DNA from: Chthoniobacterales bacterium
GTDB taxonomy: Bacteria > Verrucomicrobiota > Verrucomicrobiia > Chthoniobacterales > JAATET01
Direction: 5' to 3'
Assembly: GCA_015655545.1 (NCBI GenBank)
Contig: JAATET010000070.1
Location: 11,841-75,840 of the forward strand
Length of the DNA stretch: 64,000 nt
Shown here: positions 52,613 to 63,500 of the stretch, piece by piece
Numbering within the stretch: the first letter of the stretch is position 1
How the letters are laid out: every line of letters starts with the position of its first letter
Position numbers and translations under genes: made by a program
Notes under the pieces: generated by a model
The model's input: the letters and a program-made list of their open reading frames with translations, nothing else
The model's database searches: none
What the model was told of the DNA's origin: nothing

Positions 52613-53598
52613 GTTTTTTTCGGGGCGAGGGGGACGACGCCTTTGGCGAAAAGTTCGCGCCGGGGCAAAAACCAAGGTAGCTCGCGCAGGCCCATGATGC
52701 CGCGCGGACGGAAGAGCATGAGCGCGATGAGCAGCGCGGAGAGAATGACCATGCGCCAGTAGCCGAGCGGCTCGAGGGCGTTGAGGAGGAAGGTGAAGAT
52801 GATCGCGCCGAGGATCGATCCCCCGAGGGAGCTGATGCCGCCGAGGTAGACCATGACGAGGATTTCCGTGGACTTCACGATGTCGAAATATTTCGGGTTG
52901 ATGAAGTTGAGATGCGCGTAGAGCGCGCCGGCGACGCCGCCGAAAAATGACGAGACGACGAAGGCGAGAATTTTCGCCTCGCGCACGCGCACGCCCATGG
53001 CATTGGCGGCGATTTCGTCCTCGCGAATGGCGATGATCGCGCGGCCGAATTTCGAATAGATGAGATTGCGGATGACGAGGATCGTGATGACGACCCAGAA
53101 GAGCGTCCAGGGGAGCGTGGTCATTTTATCGACGCCGAGCAGGCCGGCCGGGCCGCCGACGTAGGGGATGTTTTCCCACGTCGATTTCACGATCATGAGG
53201 AAGGCGAGGGTGATGATCGCGAGGTAGTCGCCGCGGGTCTTGAAGGAAAGCAGCGCGAGGAGGAAGCCGATGAGGGCGGCGATCGCGCCCCCGAAGACCA
53301 CGGCCACGGGGAAGAGCGCGGGAAGGTCGGGGAGCCATTTCGTCGTGAAGACCGCCGACGTGTAGGCGCCGAGGCTCATGAATCCGGCGTGGCCGACCGA
53401 GAACTCGCCCATGTAGCCGTTCACGAGATTGAGGCTCGCGCAGAGGATGATGTTGATGCCGATCGTGATGAGGACGATCTGCGCGTAGCCGCTGAAGATC
53501 GGCTGGTATTGGGAAAGGATCGCGATGGCGAAGCCGAGCGCGATGAGCGCGGGAAGGGGCCAGCGGGCTCGGGCGGCGGAGGCGAGGAAGGCTTTCAT
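52609..53598 (-). CDS. livM: Branched-chain amino acid ABC transporter permease (LivM type)
   Basis: Polytopic 329 aa, containing NLVNGYMGEFSVGHAGFMSLGAY. Confidence 0.8.
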   Translation of the reverse strand: MKAFLASAARARWPLPALIALGFAIAILSQYQPIFSGYAQIVLITIGINIILCASLNLVNGYMGEFSVGHAGFMSLGAYTSAVFTTKWLPDLPALFPVAVVFGGAIAALIGFLLALLSFKTRGDYLAIITLAFLMIVKSTWENIPYVGGPAGLLGVDKMTTLPWTLFWVVITILVIRNLIYSKFGRAIIAIREDEIAANAMGVRVREAKILAFVVSSFFGGVAGALYAHLNFINPKYFDIVKSTEILVMVYLGGISSLGGSILGAIIFTFLLNALEPLGYWRMVILSALLIALMLFRPRGIMGLRELPWFLPRRELFAKGVVPLAPKKT

Positions 53599-54549
53599 TT
53601 ACACCTTCTGGTTCGGCGCGCTTCCGAGCAGGCCGTAGGGTTTGAAGATGAGGATGACCAGCAGCAGCGAGTAGGAAATGAGGTCGCGGTAGGTGGATTC
53701 GAAGAAGACGACGGCAAGCACCTCGACCGCGCCGAGAATGAAGCCGCCGAGCACGGCGCCGCGGATGCTGCCGATGCCGCCGACGACGGCGGCGATGAAG
53801 GCTTTCCAGCCGACCAGTATGCCCATGCTCGGGGCGATGACGGGATAGGCGAGGCCGTAGAGCATGCCGGCCGCGCCGCCGAGGCCGGCGCCGATGAGAA
53901 ACGTCATCGAGATGATGCGGTCGACGGGGATGCCCATCAGCGGGACGGTGCGGGCGTCGAAGGAAATGGCGCGCATGGCCATGCCGTAGCGGGTTTTTCG
54001 AATCAGGAAATCGAGCGCGACCATGAGGACGATGGCGACGCGGATGATGAGGATTTGGAGCGCGGTGATCGTGAGGGTGAGCGGCGCGCCGGCGCCGGCG
54101 GGATCGGCGACTTTCATGAGCTCGAAAGTCCGGTTCGCGAGCAGCGGCGGGATCGATTGCGAGTAGGGGAAGATGACGAGCGTGAGGCTCTCGATGAGGA
54201 GGCCGCAGCCGAGTGCGGTGATAATGGCGGAGACCCGCGGCGCGCCGCGCAGCGGGCGGTAGGCGACGCGCTCGATGAACGCGCCGAGGAAGCCGATGAC
54301 GGCCATCACCATGAGCAGTATGAGGATGAAGACGAGGATCGGCGGGACGGCGGTGAGCAGCGGGGTGACCACGCCGGCGAGCAGCATGCAGGCGAAGGCG
54401 CCGAGCATGAACAAGTCGCCGTGGGCGAAATTGATCATGGTCAGCACGCCGTAGACCATGCTGTAGCCGAGCGCGATGAGCGCGTAGATCGAGCCCTGCT
54501 GTAGGGCGTTGATCGTTTGCTGGGCGAGGTAGAGCAGGTCGTGGAGCAT
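53599..54549 (-). CDS. livH: Branched-chain amino acid ABC transporter permease (LivH type)
   Basis: Polytopic 316 aa, containing YALIALGYSMVYGVLTMINFAHGDLFMLGAF. Confidence 0.8.
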   Translation of the reverse strand: MLHDLLYLAQQTINALQQGSIYALIALGYSMVYGVLTMINFAHGDLFMLGAFACMLLAGVVTPLLTAVPPILVFILILLMVMAVIGFLGAFIERVAYRPLRGAPRVSAIITALGCGLLIESLTLVIFPYSQSIPPLLANRTFELMKVADPAGAGAPLTLTITALQILIIRVAIVLMVALDFLIRKTRYGMAMRAISFDARTVPLMGIPVDRIISMTFLIGAGLGGAAGMLYGLAYPVIAPSMGILVGWKAFIAAVVGGIGSIRGAVLGGFILGAVEVLAVVFFESTYRDLISYSLLLVILIFKPYGLLGSAPNQKV

Positions 54550-54552
54550 CAG

Positions 54553-54648
54553 GAAAATGCGAAATTTGAAATGCGAAATGGGGAATGAAGACTCGCGCCT
54601 CGCGCGGCTAGATCATTTCGAATTTCGCATTCGCCATTTCGCATTTTT
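54553..54648. repeat. AT-rich inverted tandem-repeat element between the binding-protein gene and livH
   Basis: The left arm GAAAATGCGAAATTTGAAATGCGAAATGG carries two AAATGCGAAAT units. A GC-rich core (ACTCGCGCCTCGCGCGG) follows. The right arm CATTTCGAATTTCGCATTCGCCATTTCGCATTTTT carries ATTTCGCAT units in inverted orientation. Confidence 0.7.
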
Positions 54649-55805
54649 CAAGGCTGTGCGTTGGCGACCCAGACGAATTTGCCGTTCTTGATCTGCAGGA
54701 TGACGGCGCTCTTGATCGGGTCGCCGCTGCCGGGGACGAACTGCATCGTGCCGGTGATGCCGTCGTATTTTGGAATCCTGGCGAGCGCGTCGCGCACGGC
54801 CTGGCGGTCGAGCTTGCCGGCGTCTTTCACGGCCTGGGTGAGGAGGCCGAAGGCGTCGTAGGTGAGCGCGGCGACGTCGTCGGGGGCCATGCCGTATTTG
54901 GCCTGGTAGTCGCTCATGAATTTCTGCGCGATCGGCGTGGCGATCTGGGTGGAGTAGTGGTTGCAGAAGAAGGAGCCTTCGATGTCGGCGCCGCCGAGCT
55001 TGATGAGCTCGGGCGAGCTCCAGGCGTCGCTGCCGACGAATTGCGCGGTGATGCCGAGGCGGCGGGCCTGCTGGGCGATGAGCGGCACGTCGTTGTAATA
55101 CGCGGGGAGGAAGATGACCTCTGGGTTGGTGGATTTGATCTTGGTGAGTTGCGCGGAGAAGTCCTTGTCGCCGGTGGTGTAGGTCTCGAAGCCGACGATC
55201 TGGCCGCCGTTTTTCTCGAAGGTTTCCTTGAACAAGGTGGCCTGGCCGTTCGGCGCCTCGGAGGTGCTGTCGTAGAGGACGGCGGCGGTCTTGGCCTTGA
55301 GGTTGTTCAGGACGAACTTCGCCAGCACGCCGGCCTGGAAGGTATCGATGAAACAGGCGCGGAAGACGTATTCCTTGGGCTTGCCGGTGTTGGGATCGAG
55401 CGTGGTCTTCGGATTCGTGGACCACGGGGAAATCATCGCGCACTTGGCGGCCTCGGCGATGTCGGCGGCGGGGATGGCGCAGGCGCTGGCGTCGGGCCCG
55501 ATCATGGCCAGGACGTTGTCCTGCGTGATGAGGCGCTGGGCGACGGAGGCGGCCTGGTCGGCCTTGGCGCCGTTGTCGCCGATGACGAGTTTGATCGGGA
55601 GGGTTTGGTCGCTGACTTTCACGCCGCCGGCGGCGTTGATCTGGCTGGCGAAAAGTTCGGCGGCATTTTTCGAGGAGGCGCCGACGGCGGGCATCTCGCC
55701 GGTGAGCTCGGTGTTGAGGCCGATTTTGACGGAAGGGGCTTCTTTCCCGCAACCGACGAGGGCCGCGACGGCGAGAAGGGTTGCTGCAAGTTGGGAAATT
55801 TTCAT
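54648..55805 (-). CDS. Leu/Ile/Val-type periplasmic substrate-binding lipoprotein
   Basis: Start at ATG 55805 (MKISQLAATLLAVAALVGCGK, lipobox). PBP type I pattern IKIGLNTELTGE...AMIGPDAS. Only the C-terminal 385 aa of the 928-aa ORF-track entry is accepted. Confidence 0.8.
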   Translation of the reverse strand: MKISQLAATLLAVAALVGCGKEAPSVKIGLNTELTGEMPAVGASSKNAAELFASQINAAGGVKVSDQTLPIKLVIGDNGAKADQAASVAQRLITQDNVLAMIGPDASACAIPAADIAEAAKCAMISPWSTNPKTTLDPNTGKPKEYVFRACFIDTFQAGVLAKFVLNNLKAKTAAVLYDSTSEAPNGQATLFKETFEKNGGQIVGFETYTTGDKDFSAQLTKIKSTNPEVIFLPAYYNDVPLIAQQARRLGITAQFVGSDAWSSPELIKLGGADIEGSFFCNHYSTQIATPIAQKFMSDYQAKYGMAPDDVAALTYDAFGLLTQAVKDAGKLDRQAVRDALARIPKYDGITGTMQFVPGSGDPIKSAVILQIKNGKFVWVANAQP

Positions 55806-55912
55806 GGGAACCCGCTTGAAATGCCGCATCGCCTGTTGCCTGACAAGCTCGGAATGCCGGGAGCTTCCCGCGTGAAGGCGGAAAGAAGGAATACGGGCTG
55901 CGCGCGAGTTCC

Positions 55913-57661
55913 CTACACCCGGAAAATCGCGCCGAGCTTCTTGCCCAGAATGAGGCTCGCGCCGAGGATCGTGACCCCGAGGAAGCACATGGCCCAGACG
56001 CCGAGGGCGCTGGCGATGAAGCGGCCGTCGCCGAGCAATTGATAGAGCTCGTAGATGGCCTTCGTGATCGGGAAGTCCTGCTGCTTCTGCGCGAGGATGA
56101 GGGAGTCGCTGACCTCGAGCATGGCGAAGGAAAAGGCGAGCAGCCCGCCGGCGGTGAGGTTCGCGGCGATGAGGGGGATGGTGATTTTGCGGAGGGAGCG
56201 GAAGGGGGGGCAGCCGAGGTTTTGGGCGGCCTCTTCGAGGGTGACGCTGGTTTGCTGGAAGCCGGCGGCGGCGCTGCGCACGACGTAGGGCAGGCGGCGC
56301 ACGCTGTAGGCGATGACGAGGATGAGCAGGGGGTCGATCTTCGGGTCCATGAAGCCGAACATCTTGCCCGGCTGGGTCATGGCGACGTAGCCGAAGGCGA
56401 GCACGAGGCCGGGGACGGCGAGCGGGAGCATGGCCATGGCGTCGAGGATTTCCCGGCCGATGATCTTCGTGCGCACGACGACGTAGGCGATGGCGACGCC
56501 GAGGACGAGGTCGACGAGGGTGGCGAGGGTGGCGTATTTGAGGCTGTTCTGGATCGAGGGGAGCGTGAGGTCGTGGCCGAGGGCGGCGCGGAAATGGTCG
56601 AGCGTCCAGGCGTTCGGCAGGATCGTGCCATACCAGTCCTTCGAGAAGGCGAAGACGATGACGCCGAGGTGCGGGAGGACGGCGACGAAGGTGATGCACG
56701 CGAATGCCGCGGTGCAAAGCCACGCGCGGAGCGGCGGGATGGCGCGCGGGCCGCCCTGGCTGGTGGCCTTGGCCATCATGGCGTGGCTGGCGCGGCCGAA
56801 GGTGAGCTTGCTGATCGCGTAGAGCAGGACGGTGGAGACGAGCATCACGGCGACGAGGGCGAAGGGAAAGGGGTTGCCGCCGATATCCTTGATGCCGCTG
56901 AAGATCTGCACGGACGTCACGCGCTGGAAGTCGAACATGAGCGGCACGCCGAGTTCGGTGAACGCCCAGATGAAGACGATCGTGCCGCCGGCGAAGAGGC
57001 CGGGCATGATGAGCGGGAGCGTGATCTTGCGGAATTTGCGGAAGCCGGTGCAGCCGAGATTTTCCGCGGCCTCTTCCATGGCGGGATCGACGTTGGCGAG
57101 CGCGGCGACGACGTTGAGATAGAGGATCGGGTAGAGATGGAGCGCATTCATCACGACCACGCCGCCGAGGCGGCTGGCGCCGAGCCAGTCGATCGGGTGC
57201 GCGGGATCTTCCAGGCCGAGCGCGGCGAGGAGGGCATTGAGCGCGCCTTCCTGGCCGAGGATTTGCTTCACGCCGATGGCGCCGACGAACGGCGGCAGGA
57301 TCATCGGGATGAGGATGAGCGCGGAGAAAAGGCTTTTTCCGGGAAAGAGAAAACGGTCGGTGAGGAAGGCGAGGGGCAGCGCGATGAGGACGGTGAGCGC
57401 GGTGCTGAAGACGGCCATGAGGACGGAGTTCCAAAGCCCTTCGAGATAGATGGGATTGCGGAAGACTTCGAGAATGTAGGCGAAGGTGAATCCTCCGCCG
57501 GGCAGGCGAAAGGCGCCGTTGACAGTTTCCCAGATCGGCAGCGCGAAGAAGAAAAAGAAGAAGAGCGCGGTGAGAGTGAAGACGACATGCGGGCCGGTGA
57601 TGGGGAAACGGCGGGGCGTTCTTTTCGGGTGCAATGCGATCTGGGTCGGGTGGCTGTTCAT
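55913..57661 (-). CDS. ABC transporter permease with two fused transmembrane domains (FbpB/ThiP-like)
   Basis: 582 aa with two repeats of the binding-protein-dependent permease core (..EAAENLGCTGFRKFRKITLPLIMP.. and ..EAAQNLGCPPFRSLRKITIPLIAA..). Confidence 0.8.
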   Translation of the reverse strand: MNSHPTQIALHPKRTPRRFPITGPHVVFTLTALFFFFFFALPIWETVNGAFRLPGGGFTFAYILEVFRNPIYLEGLWNSVLMAVFSTALTVLIALPLAFLTDRFLFPGKSLFSALILIPMILPPFVGAIGVKQILGQEGALNALLAALGLEDPAHPIDWLGASRLGGVVVMNALHLYPILYLNVVAALANVDPAMEEAAENLGCTGFRKFRKITLPLIMPGLFAGGTIVFIWAFTELGVPLMFDFQRVTSVQIFSGIKDIGGNPFPFALVAVMLVSTVLLYAISKLTFGRASHAMMAKATSQGGPRAIPPLRAWLCTAAFACITFVAVLPHLGVIVFAFSKDWYGTILPNAWTLDHFRAALGHDLTLPSIQNSLKYATLATLVDLVLGVAIAYVVVRTKIIGREILDAMAMLPLAVPGLVLAFGYVAMTQPGKMFGFMDPKIDPLLILVIAYSVRRLPYVVRSAAAGFQQTSVTLEEAAQNLGCPPFRSLRKITIPLIAANLTAGGLLAFSFAMLEVSDSLILAQKQQDFPITKAIYELYQLLGDGRFIASALGVWAMCFLGVTILGASLILGKKLGAIFRV

Positions 57662-59253
57662 TTGCCCTCCTCGGCGAGTTTTTTAGCGCGGCGGTATTGG
57701 GCGCGGAAATGATCGCCGAGCTGGCGCGCGAGTTCCACCTCGGCGAGCGGCGTGGAGCCTTTGAGCTTTGGCCGGATCACATTCTTCGCGGTCGCGTAGT
57801 CGATGGCGGAGATGTCGGTGAAGGCGGCGGTGGCCCGCGGCGGGAATTTCGCGTCGATGAGGGCGCGCCACGCGGCGGCCTGCTCATCGTGTGCGTCGAT
57901 GCAGCTCACGCGAATGATGAAGCGCATCGCGGAGAAAAGCGGACCGGTCCACGCGTCGTGGTAGGTGAAGGACTTCGCTTCCTCGTAGGGAAACACGGTC
58001 GGGTCGGAGCGGAAGGGCGCGAACTCCGGCGCGTAGAGTTCCTTGCGGATCGGCAGGCGGCGGAGCGCGTAGCGGGCGGGGCCGCCGGGCGTGCCGACTT
58101 TGAAGTTCCAGAGCTTCTGCCCGTCGACCGAGAGCACGAAGGCGATGAATTCGCGGGCGAGCTCCTCATGCGCCGCGCCGCGGAGCAGGCCGATCGGGTC
58201 CACGCCGACCGACGAGCCGCCGAGCGGAGTGAAGTATTGCAGGCGCGACGGCTGGTCGCCGACGCGGATCATCTCGCTCTGGTAGCGGCCGTAGAAATCG
58301 ATGCACATGCCGATGGCGGCGTCGCCGAGCGCGACATCGACGGGGACTTTCGAGGCGTCGTCGGCGAAATAGCGGGAATTTGCCGAGGCCTTGAGAATGA
58401 GCTGGAGGCCGCGAGCCCAGCCCTCCGCCAGCGTGGCGTCGGTGGCTTCGCCCGAGCCGACGGCCTGCTGCATCTGCTGCTGGATGACCATTTCGAAGGC
58501 CTTGGCGATCGAGCCGCTCTTCGTGGGATCGGCGAGGGCGACCTGCTTGAAAAACTTCGGGTTCGTGAGGTCGCTCCAGCTGGCGGGAAGTTCGGTCACG
58601 CCGAGGCGGCGGAGAGAATCGGTGTTGTAACAAATCCCGAACGACGAGACGACGGCGCCGATCCATCGCCCGTCGGTGTCGTAGAACGGCTCGCCCGAGA
58701 CGGTGAGCGGAATGCTCGCGCCGGTGAACCAGTCGGGATGCGCCTGGATCACGCCGCAATCCACCAGGTTGCCGGCCTTGGCCTGGCCGATGAAGTCGAA
58801 CGAGCCGCCGCCGAAGAAAAGGTCGATGCCGATGCCGGCTTTCGAGGCGAGGAAGGCGCGGCGGGCGGCCTCGGCGGTCGTGTCCTGCGCGGGATCGGCC
58901 GGGAGTTTGATCGCTCCGTTGGCGAAGGCGGAGGCGGCTTCGGCATTCCATTTGTGGCCCGTGGATTCCCAGTCGCGCTGGAAGGCGTTGAAATATTCGC
59001 CGGAGAGGTAACGCGTGATCTCGGTCGTGCCGCCGATGATGCGCCAGTCGATGCGCACGGTGCGGCCGGTTTTCTTTTTGTAATATGCGCCGAAGGCGCG
59101 GCTGAATTCGTAGCGGATGACTTCCTTGTGCGGGCTGATGATGACGAGCGTGTCGTCGGCCTCGGCGAGGAGGCTGGCCTTCGGTTTCAACGCGAAGGGC
59201 AGCGCGATGATCGCCGCGAGCGCGGCGAGGACGAGGAGCAAGCGGGCGGGCAT
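57658..59253 (-). CDS. Large ABC transporter substrate-binding protein (family 1, Fe3+/polyamine-like)
   Basis: 531 aa, N-terminal signal/anchor MPARLLLVLAALAAIIALPFA. ATGA overlap with the permease gene. Ligand unknown. Confidence 0.6.
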   Translation of the reverse strand: MPARLLLVLAALAAIIALPFALKPKASLLAEADDTLVIISPHKEVIRYEFSRAFGAYYKKKTGRTVRIDWRIIGGTTEITRYLSGEYFNAFQRDWESTGHKWNAEAASAFANGAIKLPADPAQDTTAEAARRAFLASKAGIGIDLFFGGGSFDFIGQAKAGNLVDCGVIQAHPDWFTGASIPLTVSGEPFYDTDGRWIGAVVSSFGICYNTDSLRRLGVTELPASWSDLTNPKFFKQVALADPTKSGSIAKAFEMVIQQQMQQAVGSGEATDATLAEGWARGLQLILKASANSRYFADDASKVPVDVALGDAAIGMCIDFYGRYQSEMIRVGDQPSRLQYFTPLGGSSVGVDPIGLLRGAAHEELAREFIAFVLSVDGQKLWNFKVGTPGGPARYALRRLPIRKELYAPEFAPFRSDPTVFPYEEAKSFTYHDAWTGPLFSAMRFIIRVSCIDAHDEQAAAWRALIDAKFPPRATAAFTDISAIDYATAKNVIRPKLKGSTPLAEVELARQLGDHFRAQYRRAKKLAEEGK

Positions 59254-59260
59254 CGCGGAG

Positions 59261-59343
59261 TTTTAAGTCTTAAGTTTGTAAGTTTTAAGTGGGGAGGCGT
59301 GGCGCGGCATTTGCTTAAAACTTAAGACTTACAAACTTAAAAC
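59261..59343. repeat. AT-rich inverted tandem-repeat element between the ABC ATPase and binding-protein genes
   Basis: The left arm TTTTAAGTCTTAAGTTTGTAAGTTTTAAGT has four ~7-8-nt units ending in TAAGT. A GC-rich core (GGGGAGGCGTGGCGCGGC) follows. The right arm CTTAAAACTTAAGACTTACAAACTTAAAAC has four units containing ACTTA in inverted orientation. Confidence 0.7.
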
Positions 59344-60417
59344 TCATTTGCGCAACACCACGACGTCGTCCGGATCGGCGGCGGCGTAAAGCTCGCGGTC
59401 CTGGGGCCGGCGGGTGAGATCGGGGTTGAGCTCGAAAATCTTGAGCCCCGGGCCCGCGGGTGGCTGGAACTGATACTGGGCGATCTCGCCGAGATAAATG
59501 GACTCGCCGATGCGGCCGGAGGTGGCGTTTTGCGGCGGGCGCGTGAGCTCGATGCGCCAGCATTCGGGCCGCACGGAGAGGGTGGCGGCTTCGCCGGCGG
59601 CCGGCCGCCAATCCAGGTCGGAGATCACTCCGGCAAAGATCCCGAGCGGCGTATCCACGCGGGCCTTGCCATGCGAGGCGTCGATGATCTTGCCCTCGAT
59701 GAAATTCGTCTCGCCGATGAAGTCGGCGACGATCTTCGACTTCGGGCGGCGGTAAACGGCCTGCGGGTCGCCGATCTGCGCGATGCGGCCGCCCTCGAGG
59801 ATCGCCATGCGGTCGGAGATGGAGAGCGCTTCCTTCTGATCGTGCGTGACGTAGATCGCGGTGAGGCCGAATTCCTTGCACACGCGCCGGATCTCGGTGC
59901 GCATTTCGAGGCGCAGCTTCGCGTCGAGGTTCGAGAGCGGCTCGTCGAGGAGCAGGGCGCGCGGGCGAATGACGAGCGCGCGGGCGAGGGCGACGCGCTG
60001 CTGCTGGCCGCCGGAAAGCTGCGCGATCTTGCGCGCGGCGTAGGCGGACATCTTGACCGACTCGAGAGCCTCGCCGACGCGGCGGCCGATCTCGGGCTTC
60101 GGCACCTTGCGCTCGACGAGGCCGAAGGCGACGTTCTGCGCGACCGTCATGTGCGGCCAGAGCGCGTAGCTTTGAAACATCATGCCCGTGTTCCGCTGGT
60201 GCGGCGGGAGATGGGTGACGTCGTCGTCGTCGAAAAGGATGCGGCCGCCTTCGGGGATGTAGAAGCCGGCGATGTTGCGCAGGAGGGTGGTCTTGCCGCA
60301 GCCGCTCGGTCCGAGCAGGAAGAACAACTCGCCCGGCTCGATGCGAAAGGTCAGGCCGTTCAGCGCGACATTCGTGCCGAACTTCTTGACGAGGTTTTCA
60401 ATGGAGATCGAGATCAT
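59344..60417 (-). CDS. ABC transporter ATP-binding protein (PotA/FbpC-like)
   Basis: Start at ATG 60417 (MISISIENLVKKFG). GPSGCGKTTLL, LSGGQQQRVALARAL, LLLDEPLSNLD, plus a C-terminal regulatory/TOBE-like part. Confidence 0.88.
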   Translation of the reverse strand: MISISIENLVKKFGTNVALNGLTFRIEPGELFFLLGPSGCGKTTLLRNIAGFYIPEGGRILFDDDDVTHLPPHQRNTGMMFQSYALWPHMTVAQNVAFGLVERKVPKPEIGRRVGEALESVKMSAYAARKIAQLSGGQQQRVALARALVIRPRALLLDEPLSNLDAKLRLEMRTEIRRVCKEFGLTAIYVTHDQKEALSISDRMAILEGGRIAQIGDPQAVYRRPKSKIVADFIGETNFIEGKIIDASHGKARVDTPLGIFAGVISDLDWRPAAGEAATLSVRPECWRIELTRPPQNATSGRIGESIYLGEIAQYQFQPPAGPGLKIFELNPDLTRRPQDRELYAAADPDDVVVLRK

Positions 60418-60577
60418 CGCGCTGCGGAGTGGGTAAAGATTCCCGCCCGCGCGCGCAATCCAAACGGGAGGAGGAGCAAAAGGTGTCTCTGTGGCATGAA
60501 CTTCTGGCGGGTTAGGCAAGCAAGGCGCGTTCCATGACCTTGCTTAGCAACAACTCCTTTTCTATGACTATTGTTCA

Positions 60578-63500
60578 GTGAAGCCCGTCTCGATCGGTTT
60601 GAGTGCGCAAGAGCATCCGAAAAACGGCGGCGGCTTCATTGTGCGGCCGGCGCGGGACGCCCTTGCGACCATGCTGCTGGTGTTTCTTTCCTCGGCGATC
60701 TGCATCATGATCATCGATCACTTCGCGCGCGAGTCGCAGCTCGAACTCGTCCGCGGCGATCTGCTGCGCTACGCGAATGCGGCGGCGGGGCTCGTGGACG
60801 GCGACAAGCACCAGGAGCTCGCGGCGACGGTGGGGACGGACTCGCCGCTTTACCGGCAGTTGATCGATCCGCTGGTGGCCATGCATCGCCGGGTGCCGGA
60901 TATCGCCTACATGTATTCCTTCGTCGAACGGGGCGGGAAATTGTATTTCGTTCTCGATACCGCGACGCAGGCCAAGCGGCTGGGGTTTCGTCGCGAGATG
61001 GATGCTTCCGGCGTGATGGAGCCCTACAGCAGCGATTCGCCGGCGGAGGATACGCGGGAGGAGATGGCGGTCAGAAATGGGAATTCCTATGTCGCGTCGA
61101 AACCGGTGCAGGACGCCTACGGGACGTTCATCACCGGCCTGGCGCCAATCTACGATTCCGCAGGCAAGCCGGTGGCGGCCATCGGAGTCGATCTCGACGT
61201 CACGCAGCTTTATCAACGCCTCGCCCGGAATCGCTTCGCGATGTGGAGCGGTCTCGGCGCGGCGGGCCTGGCGGCGATGATCATGGGAGCGCTCGTCTGG
61301 AGCATCCGGCGGAAGGCGCTGCGGGCGGAACGCGAGCGGGCGGGAGCGCAGGTGGCGAGGCATGTCGCCGAGGTCGAGCAGGCGCTGCTCATCGAGGCGC
61401 TCGGCGAGGTGGTTTATCATTTCGATCTCGAGCACGATGCGATCACCTACAGCGGAAAATGCGAGGCGCTGGTCGGGCTCGGATCCTCCCAGGCCAGCCG
61501 GACAATGGAGGAGTGGCTGGCGGCGGTGCATCCCGACGATCGAGAACGGGTGCGAAAAATTTTCGACGCCGCGAAAAGCGAGCGGGAAATATTCGCGGTC
61601 GAATACCGGATGCTCCGCGCGGACGGAGACTACGCCTGGGTCTCCGATCGCGCCGTCTTCACGTTCGACGCCGGCGGCGCGCCGACCGCGATGGATGGCG
61701 TGATCCTGGACATCACGCAGCGGCGGATCAGCGACGAGAGATTCCGGGTGATTTTCGAATCCTCGACCGAGCCGCACATGCTCGTCGATGCGGAGGGCGT
61801 GGTGGATTGCAATCACGCCACCGTCGAGATGCTCGGATACCGCGACAAGTCCGAGATCATCCGCCAGCCGCTGGCGAAGTTCTGGCCCGAGTTTCAAGCC
61901 GACGGACGCACTACCGACGAGCACGCGCGGGAGTTCAAGGAGGCGACGATCGTGCAAGGCGTGCATCGCCGCGAAGTGCTCAAGCGCACGGCCAGCGGCG
62001 AGCTGGTTCCGGTCGAAGTCAGCGCCACCTACGTGACGATCGGGGGCAAAAAAGTGATGCTCATCATCTGGCACGACCTGCGCGATATCAAACGCGCGCA
62101 GGATCAGCTGACTTCCAGCGAATTGAAATATCGCGAACTCGTCGAAGGCCTCGATCGCATTGTCTTCCAGACCGACATCGAGGGAAAATGGGTGTTCCTG
62201 AATCCGGCCTGGGAGCAGGTCACCGGCTACGCGATCGGCGAGGCTCTCGGCGAGGCCTACGAGAAATTTGTGGTGCCCGAAGACCACGAAATGGTCGCCG
62301 AGATCCGCCGGCAAAAGCTCTCCGGGGAAGCCGAGTTCGCGAACATCGCCTTCCGGCTCATCCGCAAGGGTGGAGGCATTCTCTGGCTCGAAGGCGATTG
62401 CCGCACGAAGCGCGACGGCTCGGGCGCGATCACCGGCACGATGGGCACGCTCGCCGACGTCACCGTCCGCCGGCAGGTGGAGCGGGATTTGATCGCCGCG
62501 AAAGAAGCCGCCGAGGCCGCCAACCGCGCGAAGAGCGAATTCCTCGCCATGATGAGTCACGAGATCCGCACGCCGCTCAATGGCGTGCTCGGATTCTCCA
62601 ACCTGCTCCTGCACACGCGTCTCGACGACACGCAGGAGGAATATCTGCGCACGATCGCCGGCTGCGGCGACGCGCTGCTCACGATCATCGACGACATTCT
62701 GGATTTCTCCCGCATGGAATCGGGGCGGCTCGAGCTCGAGTCGCGCGAATTCGGCCTGCGCGAATGCATCGAGCACGTGCTCGACGTCCACGCGACCCGC
62801 GCCTTCGCGCGGCAGCTCGAGCTCGTTTCGGAATTCGCCGAGGATGTGCCGCCGGCGGTCGTCGGCGACTCCGGACGGCTGCAGCAAATTTTGTCGAATC
62901 TCGTGAGCAATGCCGTGAAGTTCACGCAGGCAGGCGAGATCATGGTGCATTGCCGGCTGGTTTGGCTGCAGGGCAGCGACGTGTCCGTGGAGTTTTGCGT
63001 GAGCGATACCGGCATCGGGATCGACCGGGCAAAGCTCGAACATCTCTTCGAACCCTTCGTGCAGGCCGACAGCTCGATGTCGCGGCGTTACGGCGGCGCC
63101 GGACTGGGCCTGGCGATCTGCCGGCGCCTCGTGCAGGCGATGAACGGACAAATCTCGGTCGCCAGCGAGCCGGGGATGGGCACCAAATTCATTTTCACGG
63201 TGCGGCTGAAGCGCGTCGATTCGCTCCCGAAACCCGACAGGTCGCGCCTGGCTGGCCGCCGGGTGCTGGTCGCCGTGCCGAACGATGCCCTTCGGTCCTC
63301 GATCGTGCGGCAGCTGGTCGACGAGGGCGTCGATGCCTTTGGATGCGCCCAGCCGGCGGATGTGGCGGTCGCCGGCGATTCGGGAAACCCCATCGACTTG
63401 ATTCTCGTGGATTCCAGTTCCGCCGGGGCGACGGATGCCGTCGCAGGCCTGGCTTCGCGGCGAGACGTCCCGGTCATCGTGCTTGTTCCGCTCGGGGTTC

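Noticed and set aside
54648-57434. 928-aa minus-strand ORF
   Set aside because: Only the C-terminal 385 aa (from ATG 55805) is a binding lipoprotein. The upstream 540 codons are an Arg/Pro-rich off-frame read-through of the permease gene at 55913-57661.
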